A stretch of 64,000 nucleotides of DNA from NCBI GenBank assembly GCA_963677925.2, contig CAXXYH010000004.1, positions 416,001 to 480,000 on the forward strand. The letters run 5' to 3'. The translations under genes and the position numbers were made by a program. A model generated the notes under the pieces. It had not been told where the DNA came from. It did not search any database and was given only the letters and a program-made list of their open reading frames with translations. Positions 1 through 8,606 of this stretch are shown here, one piece after another. The number at the start of each line of letters is the position of its first letter. The first letter of the stretch is position 1. Source of the stretch: Spirochaetia bacterium (lineage in GTDB: Bacteria; Spirochaetota; Spirochaetia; UBA9216).

Positions 1-2
1 TT

Positions 3-350
3 GAATCTCAGTATACAGGTATTTTAATTGGAAGAAAGGGAAAAAACCTTGATTCAATACAGCTTTTGCTGAATGTATATGCCGGAAGACTCGGCAGTGA
101 ATGCAGAATCATCCTTGATGCCGAGAATTACAGAGAACGCCGTGAAGAAAACCTTGTTAAACTTGCTAAGAAAAGTGCTGAACAGGTTAGAAGAACCAGA
201 GGTTCCAGATTACTTGAACCAATGAATCCTTTTGAAAGAAGACTTGTTCATACAACACTTAATGAACTGACAGATATTGATACTATCAGCGAAGGTGAAG
301 GACTGTATAAACAGATAAGAGTACTTTACCGTGGTGATGTTAGAAACTGA
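3..350 (+). CDS. jag: Jag/EloR (KhpB) RNA-binding protein, 3' part (5' end outside window)
   Basis: Frame open from base 3: KH motif ILIGRKGKNLDSIQ followed by R3H motif PMNPFERRLVH...SEGEG. Confidence 0.9.
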   Translation, partial: ESQYTGILIGRKGKNLDSIQLLLNVYAGRLGSECRIILDAENYRERREENLVKLAKKSAEQVRRTRGSRLLEPMNPFERRLVHTTLNELTDIDTISEGEGLYKQIRVLYRGDVRN

Positions 351-372
351 TTAATTACTGCTAATTGCTTCC

Positions 373-402
373 AGCCCCGCTTTTCCCGAAGCGGGGTTTT
401 TT
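373..402 (+). terminator. Intrinsic terminator after jag
   Basis: CCCCGCTT(375-382)/AAGCGGGG(389-396) stem followed by T6. Confidence 0.85.
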
Positions 403-420
403 AATTAATAAAGAAAAGAA

Positions 421-1479
421 TTAACTGTTTGGTGTGTGTTTCTTTGCAAGAAGGAAGAAAAAGCCTACTACCATAATCCATAGAACAATTGTGAGATTAA
501 TAATCCAGCCTGCGCCGCATAGAGTCCAGGAAAAAACAGTTGCTGAAAGTATTATGCTTATGATGTATAAAACAGAAAGAATCTGCTTTACGCTTAGATT
601 TTTGTCCATCAGCTTATGATGTATATGTTCTCTGTCCGGAAAAAACATTGACTGACCTCTCATCTTTCTTCTAAGCATTGATGTAAGAGTATCCAGAACC
701 GGGATAAAAATTAGACTGATAGCAATAATCAGAGACATATCAGTAATGCGGTTCATTTCAATAAGAGGCATTGTGGCAATAGCAAAGCCTATGAACAGGC
801 TGCCAGAGTCACCCATAAAAATTTTTGCCGGCGGAAAATTAAATACCAGAAAACCCAGAATGGAACCGAAGAGTGCAAAGGCTACTATGGCTGTGGCGGT
901 ACTTCCGATTGAAATAGAAATAAGAGCAGTAAAAAGTGCGGCAATAGCACTTAACCCACCGCTAAGACCATCCATTCCATCTATAAGATTAACCGCATTA
1001 CATACGCCAATAATCCAGACTCCGGTTAGTATATAGCCCAGAAAACCAATATCAAGGGTTACATTGATAAAAGGAATTCGTATCATTTCGAATGTGCGTC
1101 CCGGAATCATTATTATCAGGGTTGCGGCAATCTGGATAACAAACTTAATATATGGATTCAGACTCTTAAAATCATCAATGAGTCCGATTATATGTATCAT
1201 TAAATAGGCTATAAAAAAGATAAGTATACGCTGAGGAGGAATATTAAGTCCGATTGCACCGGATTTAATTGAAATAAGCATTCCAACAAGCAAACCTGCA
1301 GACATCGATATAAATATCCCTATGCCGGCCAGCCTTGGCACATTTCCTGTATGAATCTTCCGGTGATCAATATCATCATACCATTCATTTTTATGACTCA
1401 GATGAATGAGAATTGGTATTATTATTACACAAAAACCAAATGAAAGAAGTCCAGCGAGTATTAAAGGAAGACCATACAT
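421..1479 (-). CDS. WecA/TagO-like undecaprenyl-phosphate GlcNAc-1-phosphate transferase (MraY family)
   Basis: Polytopic membrane protein; motifs GLIDD, NAVNLIDGMDGL, FNFPPAKIFMGDSGS, DREHIHH; ATG at 1479 preferred to TTG at 1488, which overlaps the predicted -10. Confidence 0.88.
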   Translation of the reverse strand: MYGLPLILAGLLSFGFCVIIIPILIHLSHKNEWYDDIDHRKIHTGNVPRLAGIGIFISMSAGLLVGMLISIKSGAIGLNIPPQRILIFFIAYLMIHIIGLIDDFKSLNPYIKFVIQIAATLIIMIPGRTFEMIRIPFINVTLDIGFLGYILTGVWIIGVCNAVNLIDGMDGLSGGLSAIAALFTALISISIGSTATAIVAFALFGSILGFLVFNFPPAKIFMGDSGSLFIGFAIATMPLIEMNRITDMSLIIAISLIFIPVLDTLTSMLRRKMRGQSMFFPDREHIHHKLMDKNLSVKQILSVLYIISIILSATVFSWTLCGAGWIINLTIVLWIMVVGFFFLLAKKHTPNS

Positions 1480-1487
1480 ATAGACCA

Positions 1488-1516
1488 ATATTAGTTCAGG
1501 TAATCCGCAGTGTCAA
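1488..1516 (-). promoter_or_regulatory. sigma70-type promoter of wecA-like gene (near-leaderless)
   Basis: TTGACA-17 nt-TAATAT on minus strand, 8 nt before ATG, no SD. Confidence 0.65.
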
Positions 1517-1581
1517 TCATATATCTGTCCTTGTTTTTTTCATTATAGATCCTTATATTTAAAGATACGGAGATATCTATC

Positions 1582-3012
1582 GTGGAATACAAAGTAAAAG
1601 ACATAAATCTGGCCGATTGGGGCCGGAAAGAAATTGAGATCGCAGAACATGAAATGCCGGGCCTTATGGCGATCAGGGCAAAATATTCTAAGGAAAAACC
1701 GCTAAAAGGGCTTAGAATAACCGGTTCACTTCACATGACAATTCAGACAGCAGTGCTAATTGAGACTCTCGTTGAACTTGGAGCCGATGTAAGATGGGCA
1801 AGCTGTAATATTTTTTCAACCCAGGATCATGCTGCTGCAGCTATTGCTGTAGGACGGCCTGAGAACGGCGGAACAGTTGATAATCCTAAGGGTGTTCCTG
1901 TATTTGCCTGGAAGGGTGAAACACTCGAAGAATACTGGGAGTGTACCCTTGATGCGCTTAGCTTTCCGGGAGGAAAGGGACCAAACCAGATTGTTGATGA
2001 CGGAGGCGATGCAACCCTGCTTATCCACAAGGGTGTTGAACTTGAAGGCGGAGACGGATGGGCTAAGACTGCTTCAGCAAAGCACGAAGAAAAGGTAATC
2101 AAAGACCTCCTTCTTAAAGTTAACAGTGAGAACGCATCATTTTTCACGGATATGGCAAAGGAAATACGCGGATGTTCCGAGGAAACAACAACAGGAGTTC
2201 ACCGTCTTTACCATATGATGGAAGAGGGAAGCCTGCTATTTCCCGCTATTAATGTTAATGACAGTGTAACAAAGAGCAAGTTCGATAACCTCTACGGCTG
2301 CCGGGAGTCACTTGCTGACGGTTTGAAGCGGGCAACTGATGTAATGATTGCCGGTAAGGTAGCTGTTGTGTGCGGCTACGGCGACGTAGGCAAGGGCTGT
2401 GCGCAGTCAATGCGCGGATTCGGTGCCAGAGTCGTTGTTACTGAAATAGACCCAATATGCGCCCTTCAGGCCTCAATGGAAGGATTTGAAGTAAGTACTG
2501 TTGAAGACACACTTGGAACCGGAGACATCTATGTTACAACAACCGGTAATAAGGATGTTATAACCGCTGATCACATGAGTAAAATGAAAGATCAGGCAAT
2601 AGTCTGCAATATCGGTCACTTCGATAATGAGATTCAGGTTGATGAGCTGAATGCATGGAAGGGCATAGAAAAGATTAATGTTAAACCTCAGGTTGATAAA
2701 TATGTCTATGCAGACGGTCATGAAATTTTTCTTCTTGCCGAAGGCAGGCTTGTGAACCTGGGATGTGCTACCGGGCACCCCTCATTTGTCATGTCCAACT
2801 CTTTTTCAAACCAGACGCTTGCTCAGATAGATTTAGCTGAAAATGACTACAAACCTGGAGTATACCGTCTTTCAAAGAAGCTTGATGAAGAGGTAGCAAG
2901 GCTGCACCTTGAAAAGATAGGTGTAAAGCTTACTAAACTTTCAAAAGATCAGGCCGATTATATCGGAGTAGATGTAGAGGGTCCCTATAAACCTGAACAC
3001 TACAGATACTGA
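1582..3012 (+). CDS. ahcY: Adenosylhomocysteinase (SAH hydrolase)
   Basis: [52 protein letters not shown]-terminal YRY; GTG start with GGAG SD. Confidence 0.97.
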   Translation: MEYKVKDINLADWGRKEIEIAEHEMPGLMAIRAKYSKEKPLKGLRITGSLHMTIQTAVLIETLVELGADVRWASCNIFSTQDHAAAAIAVGRPENGGTVDNPKGVPVFAWKGETLEEYWECTLDALSFPGGKGPNQIVDDGGDATLLIHKGVELEGGDGWAKTASAKHEEKVIKDLLLKVNSENASFFTDMAKEIRGCSEETTTGVHRLYHMMEEGSLLFPAINVNDSVTKSKFDNLYGCRESLADGLKRATDVMIAGKVAVVCGYGDVGKGCAQSMRGFGARVVVTEIDPICALQASMEGFEVSTVEDTLGTGDIYVTTTGNKDVITADHMSKMKDQAIVCNIGHFDNEIQVDELNAWKGIEKINVKPQVDKYVYADGHEIFLLAEGRLVNLGCATGHPSFVMSNSFSNQTLAQIDLAENDYKPGVYRLSKKLDEEVARLHLEKIGVKLTKLSKDQADYIGVDVEGPYKPEHYRY

Positions 3013-3035
3013 TTCGTTTTATAACTTTTCATATT

Positions 3036-3262
3036 AAGCTTTTCCGGTCCTTTGCTTACTTGAACCGGAAGGGCTTTTAAATAAACATCTTGAAAAAGAT
3101 GATCATTTTGTACCGGTTCCCATAACCGGGGCAATCTAAGGAGTAATAGAAAATAACATTCAGCTTTTTCAAAGCTTCTGTTATTTTTTATTTAAGAGAA
3201 ATCAAATTACATTTGATTTTTCCCTCCTCCTGATTCCGCATCCATGCGGAAAAAATAAGGAG
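3036..3262 (+). promoter_or_regulatory. Highly structured ahcY-metK intergenic region; candidate cis-regulatory RNA
   Basis: Six consecutive hairpins; anti-SD CTCCT present twice; upstream AATCTAAGGAG can compete for it (see findings). Confidence 0.5.
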
Positions 3263-3268
3263 AATAAA

Positions 3269-4432
3269 ATGGAAAATAGAAACTATCTTTTCACTTCCGA
3301 ATCGGTAAGTGAAGGTCATCCCGACAAATTATGTGATCAGATCTCTGATGCAGTTCTTGATGCATGTCTGGCAGATGATCCACAGTCCAGAGTAGCCTGT
3401 GAAACGTTTACAACAACCGGAATGGTACTTGTAGGCGGAGAAATCACAACCAACACCTATGTGGATGTGCAGGAAATAGCAAGAGGAGTAGCCAAAAAAA
3501 TCGGCTATGTAAAACCCGAATACGGACTGGACTGCGAATCCATGGCGGTACTCAATACAATTCACAGCCAGTCGCCCGATATCTCCCAGGGAGTTACCGA
3601 CGGTGCAGGACTGTATAAGGAACAGGGAGCCGGAGATCAGGGAATGATGTTCGGCTTTGCCTGTAAGGAAACACCTGAACTTATGCCTGCACCTGTAATG
3701 TTTTCACATCAGATACTGCTGAAAGCAGCTGATATGAGAAAATCAGGAAAACTAATGTGGCTCAGGCCGGATTCAAAGAGCCAGGTAACAATTGAATATG
3801 AAGGATTTACACCAAAAAGAATCGATACTGTTGTAGTAAGCCACCAGCACGATGATGATGTATCATATGAAGAGATAAAAGAAAGTATAATAAAGAAGAT
3901 AATCAAACCGGTACTTGAGCCAACCGGATTACTTGCAGATGATACGAAGTTTTTCATCAACCCGACCGGACGTTTTGTAATAGGCGGTCCACATGGAGAC
4001 TCAGGACTTACCGGACGTAAAATCATAGTAGATACCTACGGCGGAATGGGCCGGCATGGAGGCGGAGCATTCAGCGGTAAGGATCCGTCCAAGGTCGACC
4101 GATCGGCAGCATACATGGCACGATACGTAGCCAAGAACATAGTAGCGGCAGATCTCTGTGAAAGATGTGAGGTAGAGCTTGCCTATGCGATAGGTGTGCC
4201 CTTTCCTGTATCAGTAATGGTGGATACTTTTGGTACATCAAAGGTCCCTGAGGCAGTAATAGAGGCGGCAGCAGAAAAGGTTTTTGATCTGACACCGGCA
4301 GGAATAATAAAAACTCTTGATCTTAAAAAACCGATCTTCCAGGAAACCGCTGCCTACGGACATTTTGGCCGGGATATCTTTTCCTGGGAAAAAACTGATA
4401 AAGTTAAAGAATTATTGAAAGAAATATCTTAG
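3269..4432 (+). CDS. metK: S-adenosylmethionine synthetase
   Basis: [47 protein letters not shown]. Confidence 0.98.
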   Translation: MENRNYLFTSESVSEGHPDKLCDQISDAVLDACLADDPQSRVACETFTTTGMVLVGGEITTNTYVDVQEIARGVAKKIGYVKPEYGLDCESMAVLNTIHSQSPDISQGVTDGAGLYKEQGAGDQGMMFGFACKETPELMPAPVMFSHQILLKAADMRKSGKLMWLRPDSKSQVTIEYEGFTPKRIDTVVVSHQHDDDVSYEEIKESIIKKIIKPVLEPTGLLADDTKFFINPTGRFVIGGPHGDSGLTGRKIIVDTYGGMGRHGGGAFSGKDPSKVDRSAAYMARYVAKNIVAADLCERCEVELAYAIGVPFPVSVMVDTFGTSKVPEAVIEAAAEKVFDLTPAGIIKTLDLKKPIFQETAAYGHFGRDIFSWEKTDKVKELLKEIS

Positions 4433-4438
4433 TTTTAA

Positions 4439-4489
4439 TAAAAAAATCCCCATTCTGCTTGATTTTTGGACAGAATGGGGTTATTTTTT
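4439..4489 (+). terminator. Intrinsic terminator after metK
   Basis: CCCCATTCTG(4448-4457)/CAGAATGGGG(4471-4480) flanked by A-run and T-run. Confidence 0.8.
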
Positions 4490-4578
4490 ACAGATTATCG
4501 GTCATTGACCGATATATTTACGGTTTTTTCTGTTTTAGAAGAATAAGTTTTAGAACGATGTTAAAAACTTATATTTTC

Positions 4579-4607
4579 TTGACAGCTAAAAATGGGGTTG
4601 GTATAAT
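4579..4607 (+). promoter_or_regulatory. Consensus sigma70 promoter of outer membrane protein gene
   Basis: Perfect TTGACA-17 nt-TATAAT with extended -10 TG. Confidence 0.85.
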
Positions 4608-4685
4608 TACCCCTAAATAGTATGAAAAATGGGATACAAACGGGCCGTTGGCTTGATCCCAAAATTTTGGAGGAAGTGAAATAGT

Positions 4686-5912
4686 ATGAAAAAAATAGCA
4701 CTTGTCCTTGCACTTCTGATGGTAATCGGAATGGGCGCATTTGCTCAGGTTGAAGCCTTTGTTTATGCAGAAATGGATACATCAGTAAGTATCGATCTTG
4801 AAACAGAAGAGCTCGCTCTTACAAACGCTCCGTTTGCAATGCTCCAGTTCAAATTCGGTGAGAATGTAGCAACTGAAGCTGGTGATGGTGTTTACGGTTC
4901 AATTTCTGTAAACAATCTTGAAGGTAACTACAGAGCATACGCACTTAGCGGCGACTGGTCAGATCTTACCTACGAAATGCACAGTGCAAAAGACCACTGG
5001 TCAGAAATGATCACTTGGGATGCAAGAATCGTTATGGGTCCTGCATACTTTAAAATTGATGGCGATGAGTCAATCAAAGCTAATGATGCAAGTCTTTCAA
5101 ACGTTGTTGATGACTACTCTCTCATCGGTCTTGATGTAGACGGCGCTCTCGTTTCTTTTGCAAAAGACGGTTCAGTTGAAGCTGGATACTCTGTTGAAAA
5201 CGTAATGGACATCGCTGTAGAATTCGGCGTTGTTAACGGAACTTTCGACACAGCAGGATATGCTCTTGATGCAGCAGTTTCTGTAACAGCAGTTCCCGGC
5301 CTCAGCCTTGATGCTAACTTCGTAACTGGTTTTGGTTCATACAGTGGATCAGATTCTGGTGTAGCAGTTGCAGTTGGATACGATGTAGCAGTTGGTGACA
5401 TGACACTTACTCCTTACGTTGGATTTGACGGAATTCTCGGAACTGAGTTTGCTTTCCAGATTGGTGGTGGTGCATCACTTACTTGGGACAGCGAAATGGG
5501 CGGAAAAGTTGGCGGAAGCGGATCTGATCCTCTTTCAAGATTCTTTGATGCTTCTGATAACTGGGTAGACGCAGGTCTTACAGTTGCTGCTGATTTCGAT
5601 TCAGTTACTGAAGATGTAAACGTAAAAGTTTCACATGCTTATGCTCCTGTTGAGAACCTTACAACTGTAGCTCTCGTTGAAGCTGGAACAGTTATTAACA
5701 ATGCTGTTTTCGGAATGGGTGCTTATGTTGACTACACAATGGGCGACATTAAACCACATTGCGGTTTCAAATACACAGAAGCTGCTACAGCTCTTGATCT
5801 TGGCGTAGCTTACACAGCTATCCCACAGACAAAGATTTATGCTAACTACATCTCTGATGACTTAGCAAACGACAGTGGCGCAATTACACTTGGTGCTGTT
5901 ATCAGCAACTAG
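4686..5912 (+). CDS. Abundant beta-barrel outer membrane protein, Msp/major outer sheath-like
   Basis: Signal peptide MKKIALVLALL...AFA; alternating amphipathic beta strands; strongly biased codons; GGAGG SD; monocistronic with perfect promoter. Confidence 0.7.
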   Translation: MKKIALVLALLMVIGMGAFAQVEAFVYAEMDTSVSIDLETEELALTNAPFAMLQFKFGENVATEAGDGVYGSISVNNLEGNYRAYALSGDWSDLTYEMHSAKDHWSEMITWDARIVMGPAYFKIDGDESIKANDASLSNVVDDYSLIGLDVDGALVSFAKDGSVEAGYSVENVMDIAVEFGVVNGTFDTAGYALDAAVSVTAVPGLSLDANFVTGFGSYSGSDSGVAVAVGYDVAVGDMTLTPYVGFDGILGTEFAFQIGGGASLTWDSEMGGKVGGSGSDPLSRFFDASDNWVDAGLTVAADFDSVTEDVNVKVSHAYAPVENLTTVALVEAGTVINNAVFGMGAYVDYTMGDIKPHCGFKYTEAATALDLGVAYTAIPQTKIYANYISDDLANDSGAITLGAVISN

Positions 5913-5930
5913 TCTTAATTAGTTACTTAC

Positions 5931-5959
5931 AAGCCGCTTCTTTTGAAGCGGCTTTTTTT
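5931..5959 (+). terminator. Intrinsic terminator
   Basis: AAGCCGCTTC-TTTT-GAAGCGGCTT then T-run. Confidence 0.9.
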
Positions 5960-6047
5960 ATGCTTTGAACTAAGTATTGGTAAGGTACAGGAAGATTTTT
6001 AAAAGTTTAATTATTATAGAATTGAGTTTATATGTAGTTAATAAACT

Positions 6048-6092
6048 AAATATCAAAACTCAGAAAGTTTAACTTTTTAAGTTTTGATATTT
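6048..6092. repeat. 45-bp AT-rich near-perfect palindrome
   Basis: 22-nt arms around T6070, 20/22 Watson-Crick pairs. Confidence 0.8.
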
Positions 6093-6152
6093 GTTATTGC
6101 TTAGAAATTTCACGTTTAAATAAAATAAAAGGTGTTTTGCAAGAAGGGATAT

Positions 6153-6965
6153 TTATAAGTTTCTCTCTTTCTTTATCTGATCCCAGGCATTCTGTATTTC
6201 AATAAACTTTGTTTTTGCAAGTTTCTGAAACTCTTCCGGAAGTCCTTTTGATGAAACCTTGTCAGGATGATACTCTGATACCAGTTTACGGTAAGCTTTT
6301 TTAACTTTATCATTGCTGTCCGATGGGGTGCAGCCTAATACAGAGTAGGCTGATGACCCTGCTGAATAGGAGTTATAGCTGTTGGAAGACGAGTAAGAAG
6401 TATAAGGTGCCTTCATCTGTGCAAATTGTTCGTCACTTATATGAAATATATGAACAGCATCTCTAATGAGTGTCTCTTCATCTGCGCTTATACCGTTGTC
6501 TTCGTGAGCTACTCTAAGCATGATATCGATCATCAGGGTAAGAATCTGAGGCTGGAATCTGAATTCACGGTAAAACTGATTTGCAAACTGGTAAAAAGTT
6601 TCTGAAGCATTGATTGCTGTATTAAAGATTCGGATTGCACTGTTTTTTGTAGCAGCATCCATCTTTAAATCCACATCCATGAATTCTTCTACTTTTCTTC
6701 TTTCTTTATCTGAAACATTTCCATCTATTGCGGCCAGTTTAGCCAGCATAGAGAAGGCTCCGACAAAGAACGTCATCTGGTTATGCTGCGTACGGTTCAT
6801 CCTTGTTCCGTACATATTCGAATATTTATCGGAAAACTCTCCCTCAGTAAATTTGGAAGCAGATCCGGAAATAAAAGAACCGAATGCGGCACCGGCTATA
6901 GCTCCGATAGGACCTCCGAAGAATAAACCTATAGTTCCGCCTATTAAAGTTCCTAGACAACTCAA
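6153..6965 (-). CDS. djlA: Co-chaperone DjlA (N-terminal TM, TerB-like domain, C-terminal J domain)
   Basis: Gly-rich TM GGPIGAIAG, AKLAAIDGNVS, J-domain YRKLVSEYHPDK; TTG start with GAGG SD. Confidence 0.9.
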   Translation of the reverse strand: MSCLGTLIGGTIGLFFGGPIGAIAGAAFGSFISGSASKFTEGEFSDKYSNMYGTRMNRTQHNQMTFFVGAFSMLAKLAAIDGNVSDKERRKVEEFMDVDLKMDAATKNSAIRIFNTAINASETFYQFANQFYREFRFQPQILTLMIDIMLRVAHEDNGISADEETLIRDAVHIFHISDEQFAQMKAPYTSYSSSNSYNSYSAGSSAYSVLGCTPSDSNDKVKKAYRKLVSEYHPDKVSSKGLPEEFQKLAKTKFIEIQNAWDQIKKERNL

Positions 6966-6978
6966 TTTATTACCTCAC

Positions 6979-7004
6979 AAAAAAGGCGGACTAAATGTCC
7001 GCCT
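6979..7004 (-). terminator. Terminator between the glycosidase gene and djlA
   Basis: AGGCGGAC/GTCCGCCT stem, U6 tail on minus strand. Confidence 0.75.
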
Positions 7005-7008
7005 GAGT

Positions 7009-8433
7009 TTATAATTTATCTATAAGCATCGAACATTTACCCGAAGGAATAGGCAATGTTTTTTTCTTCTGCTCATCAAGAATATTTATTGTAAAATAGT
7101 ATAGTTTTTCAGATTCAAGTCTTATTTCCCAGCCTCTACCGCTCTTATTACTTAAAATGGTAATAAGATTTCTCTTTAAGGAAAGATTTTCTATTCCCAT
7201 AATTTCAAGTGTCGGCATTATCCAGTCAACGGTTTTTCGAGGCAGGCTTATATACAAACCGAGTATATTTTCGACCATAAGAGTAACTGTTGATAAGGCT
7301 GTATATGCAAGAAGAACAGGTCTTGGAAAACCGGCCTTATCACTCCATTTTGCAGGACCGTCTTTAGCAGGAAGATACGCTTCAAAGATATTGCCCTTCT
7401 CCTTGCCTTCAGGATGTAGTGTATCAAGCATGAAATAAAGATGTCTGATAGAACATTCTCTTGCCAGTTCATATCTTGCGTACTTTTCCAGTCCTTTTAC
7501 AACCATAAAGGTGAAAGGAGGTACAACTGAACCTCTATAACCTTCTCCATCTTCACTGTATGCCGGTTCAGATACCGCAAGTGTCGGAAAAGGATTATCT
7601 GTTCCAAAGCTGTCGGGATTTTTAAGATGTTCTATAAGAGCATTGGCTCTGTCTTCATTTGGTATCTCTGCAAGAAGCGGCCAGAATGAGGCAATGGTTT
7701 TAACCTTGACCTGGGATTCATTTTTATCCAGATCATAATAAATACCTTCTTCATCATTCCACATAAGAGATGAAATACGGGTTTTTAATGAAAAATATTT
7801 CCGTTTATATTTAAAACTCAGTTCCTTATCATTCAGGATATCCCCGATTTCAGACATATATAGAGCATTTACTGCCTGCTGAGCATTAAAGTCGACCGGA
7901 TAGTACATACCATCGCGAGGTGAGTTTTCCATCAGGGTGGCTGCAAGAGGTACTGAGTACAGACCGTTGCTCTGTTTGAATGTCTTTTCCAGCCAGGAGA
8001 AATATTTCTCGAGATATACTATTATATCTTTAAGCCTCTTTTTATTCCCTTCTTTATGGTACAGATTATATTCTGCCCAGGAAAACAGAGGCGGATGCAC
8101 GCATTCAGGATTATCATCAGTAAATACTGCCTTTCCGGTTTCTTCGCGGTAAATACCTCTTATTGCGCCGCTTTCTTCCTGTTTGGCATAAAACAGATCC
8201 AGGGACGGGATCGCTGGAAACTGATTATTACTGTATACCAGGAAAAATGTTGAAAGACATGATTCAAACTGATTTATTGTTTCACTTTCTGGATAATTGA
8301 AATAGGTTTTCGGAAGTCCGTTTTTTGAATTTCCTTTCTTCCATGAGTCCTGAAGCCAGGCCCATGTTTTTTCATAAAGGTCTACAAAATCTTGATCGTA
8401 GAAATGAACAGCAGGGAAACCTTTCTTTACCAA
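7009..8433 (-). CDS. MGH1/GH63-trehalase-like (alpha/alpha)6 glycoside hydrolase family protein
   Basis: HPPLFSW, MENSPR, MWNDEEGIYYD, SFWPLLA, YRGSV, IFEAY. Confidence 0.75.
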   Translation of the reverse strand: MVKKGFPAVHFYDQDFVDLYEKTWAWLQDSWKKGNSKNGLPKTYFNYPESETINQFESCLSTFFLVYSNNQFPAIPSLDLFYAKQEESGAIRGIYREETGKAVFTDDNPECVHPPLFSWAEYNLYHKEGNKKRLKDIIVYLEKYFSWLEKTFKQSNGLYSVPLAATLMENSPRDGMYYPVDFNAQQAVNALYMSEIGDILNDKELSFKYKRKYFSLKTRISSLMWNDEEGIYYDLDKNESQVKVKTIASFWPLLAEIPNEDRANALIEHLKNPDSFGTDNPFPTLAVSEPAYSEDGEGYRGSVVPPFTFMVVKGLEKYARYELARECSIRHLYFMLDTLHPEGKEKGNIFEAYLPAKDGPAKWSDKAGFPRPVLLAYTALSTVTLMVENILGLYISLPRKTVDWIMPTLEIMGIENLSLKRNLITILSNKSGRGWEIRLESEKLYYFTINILDEQKKKTLPIPSGKCSMLIDKL

Positions 8434-8606
8434 TTATTAAACCTCATTCTTAAAGTGTAGTCATATATAACTTATTATTTTATCATGAATAAATGTAGAA
8501 TTGACCGTCATGACTATTATAAGATAATATTAAAGATATCTCAAGTCAAATTGGAAAAAAGAGGAAAATCTGAAAATTACGTTTATTTTATGGGAAATTA
8601 AATTTG

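Noticed and set aside
2021-2029. Perfect DnaA box TTATCCACA
   Set aside because: Single copy inside ahcY codons (LIHK); no cluster or unwinding element seen
3201-3217. ATCAA-N7-TTGAT as a SahR operator for metK
   Set aside because: The SahR motif as I recall it has N6 spacing, no matching site lies upstream of ahcY, and no sahR is in the window; kept only as an alternative
3013-3268. Known SAM-I/II/III/SAH riboswitch
   Set aside because: Core consensus elements not recognisable by eye; not called without cmscan
6106-6121. parS-like AATTTCACGTTTAAAT
   Set aside because: Only 10/16 match to TGTTTCACGTGAAACA and not palindromic
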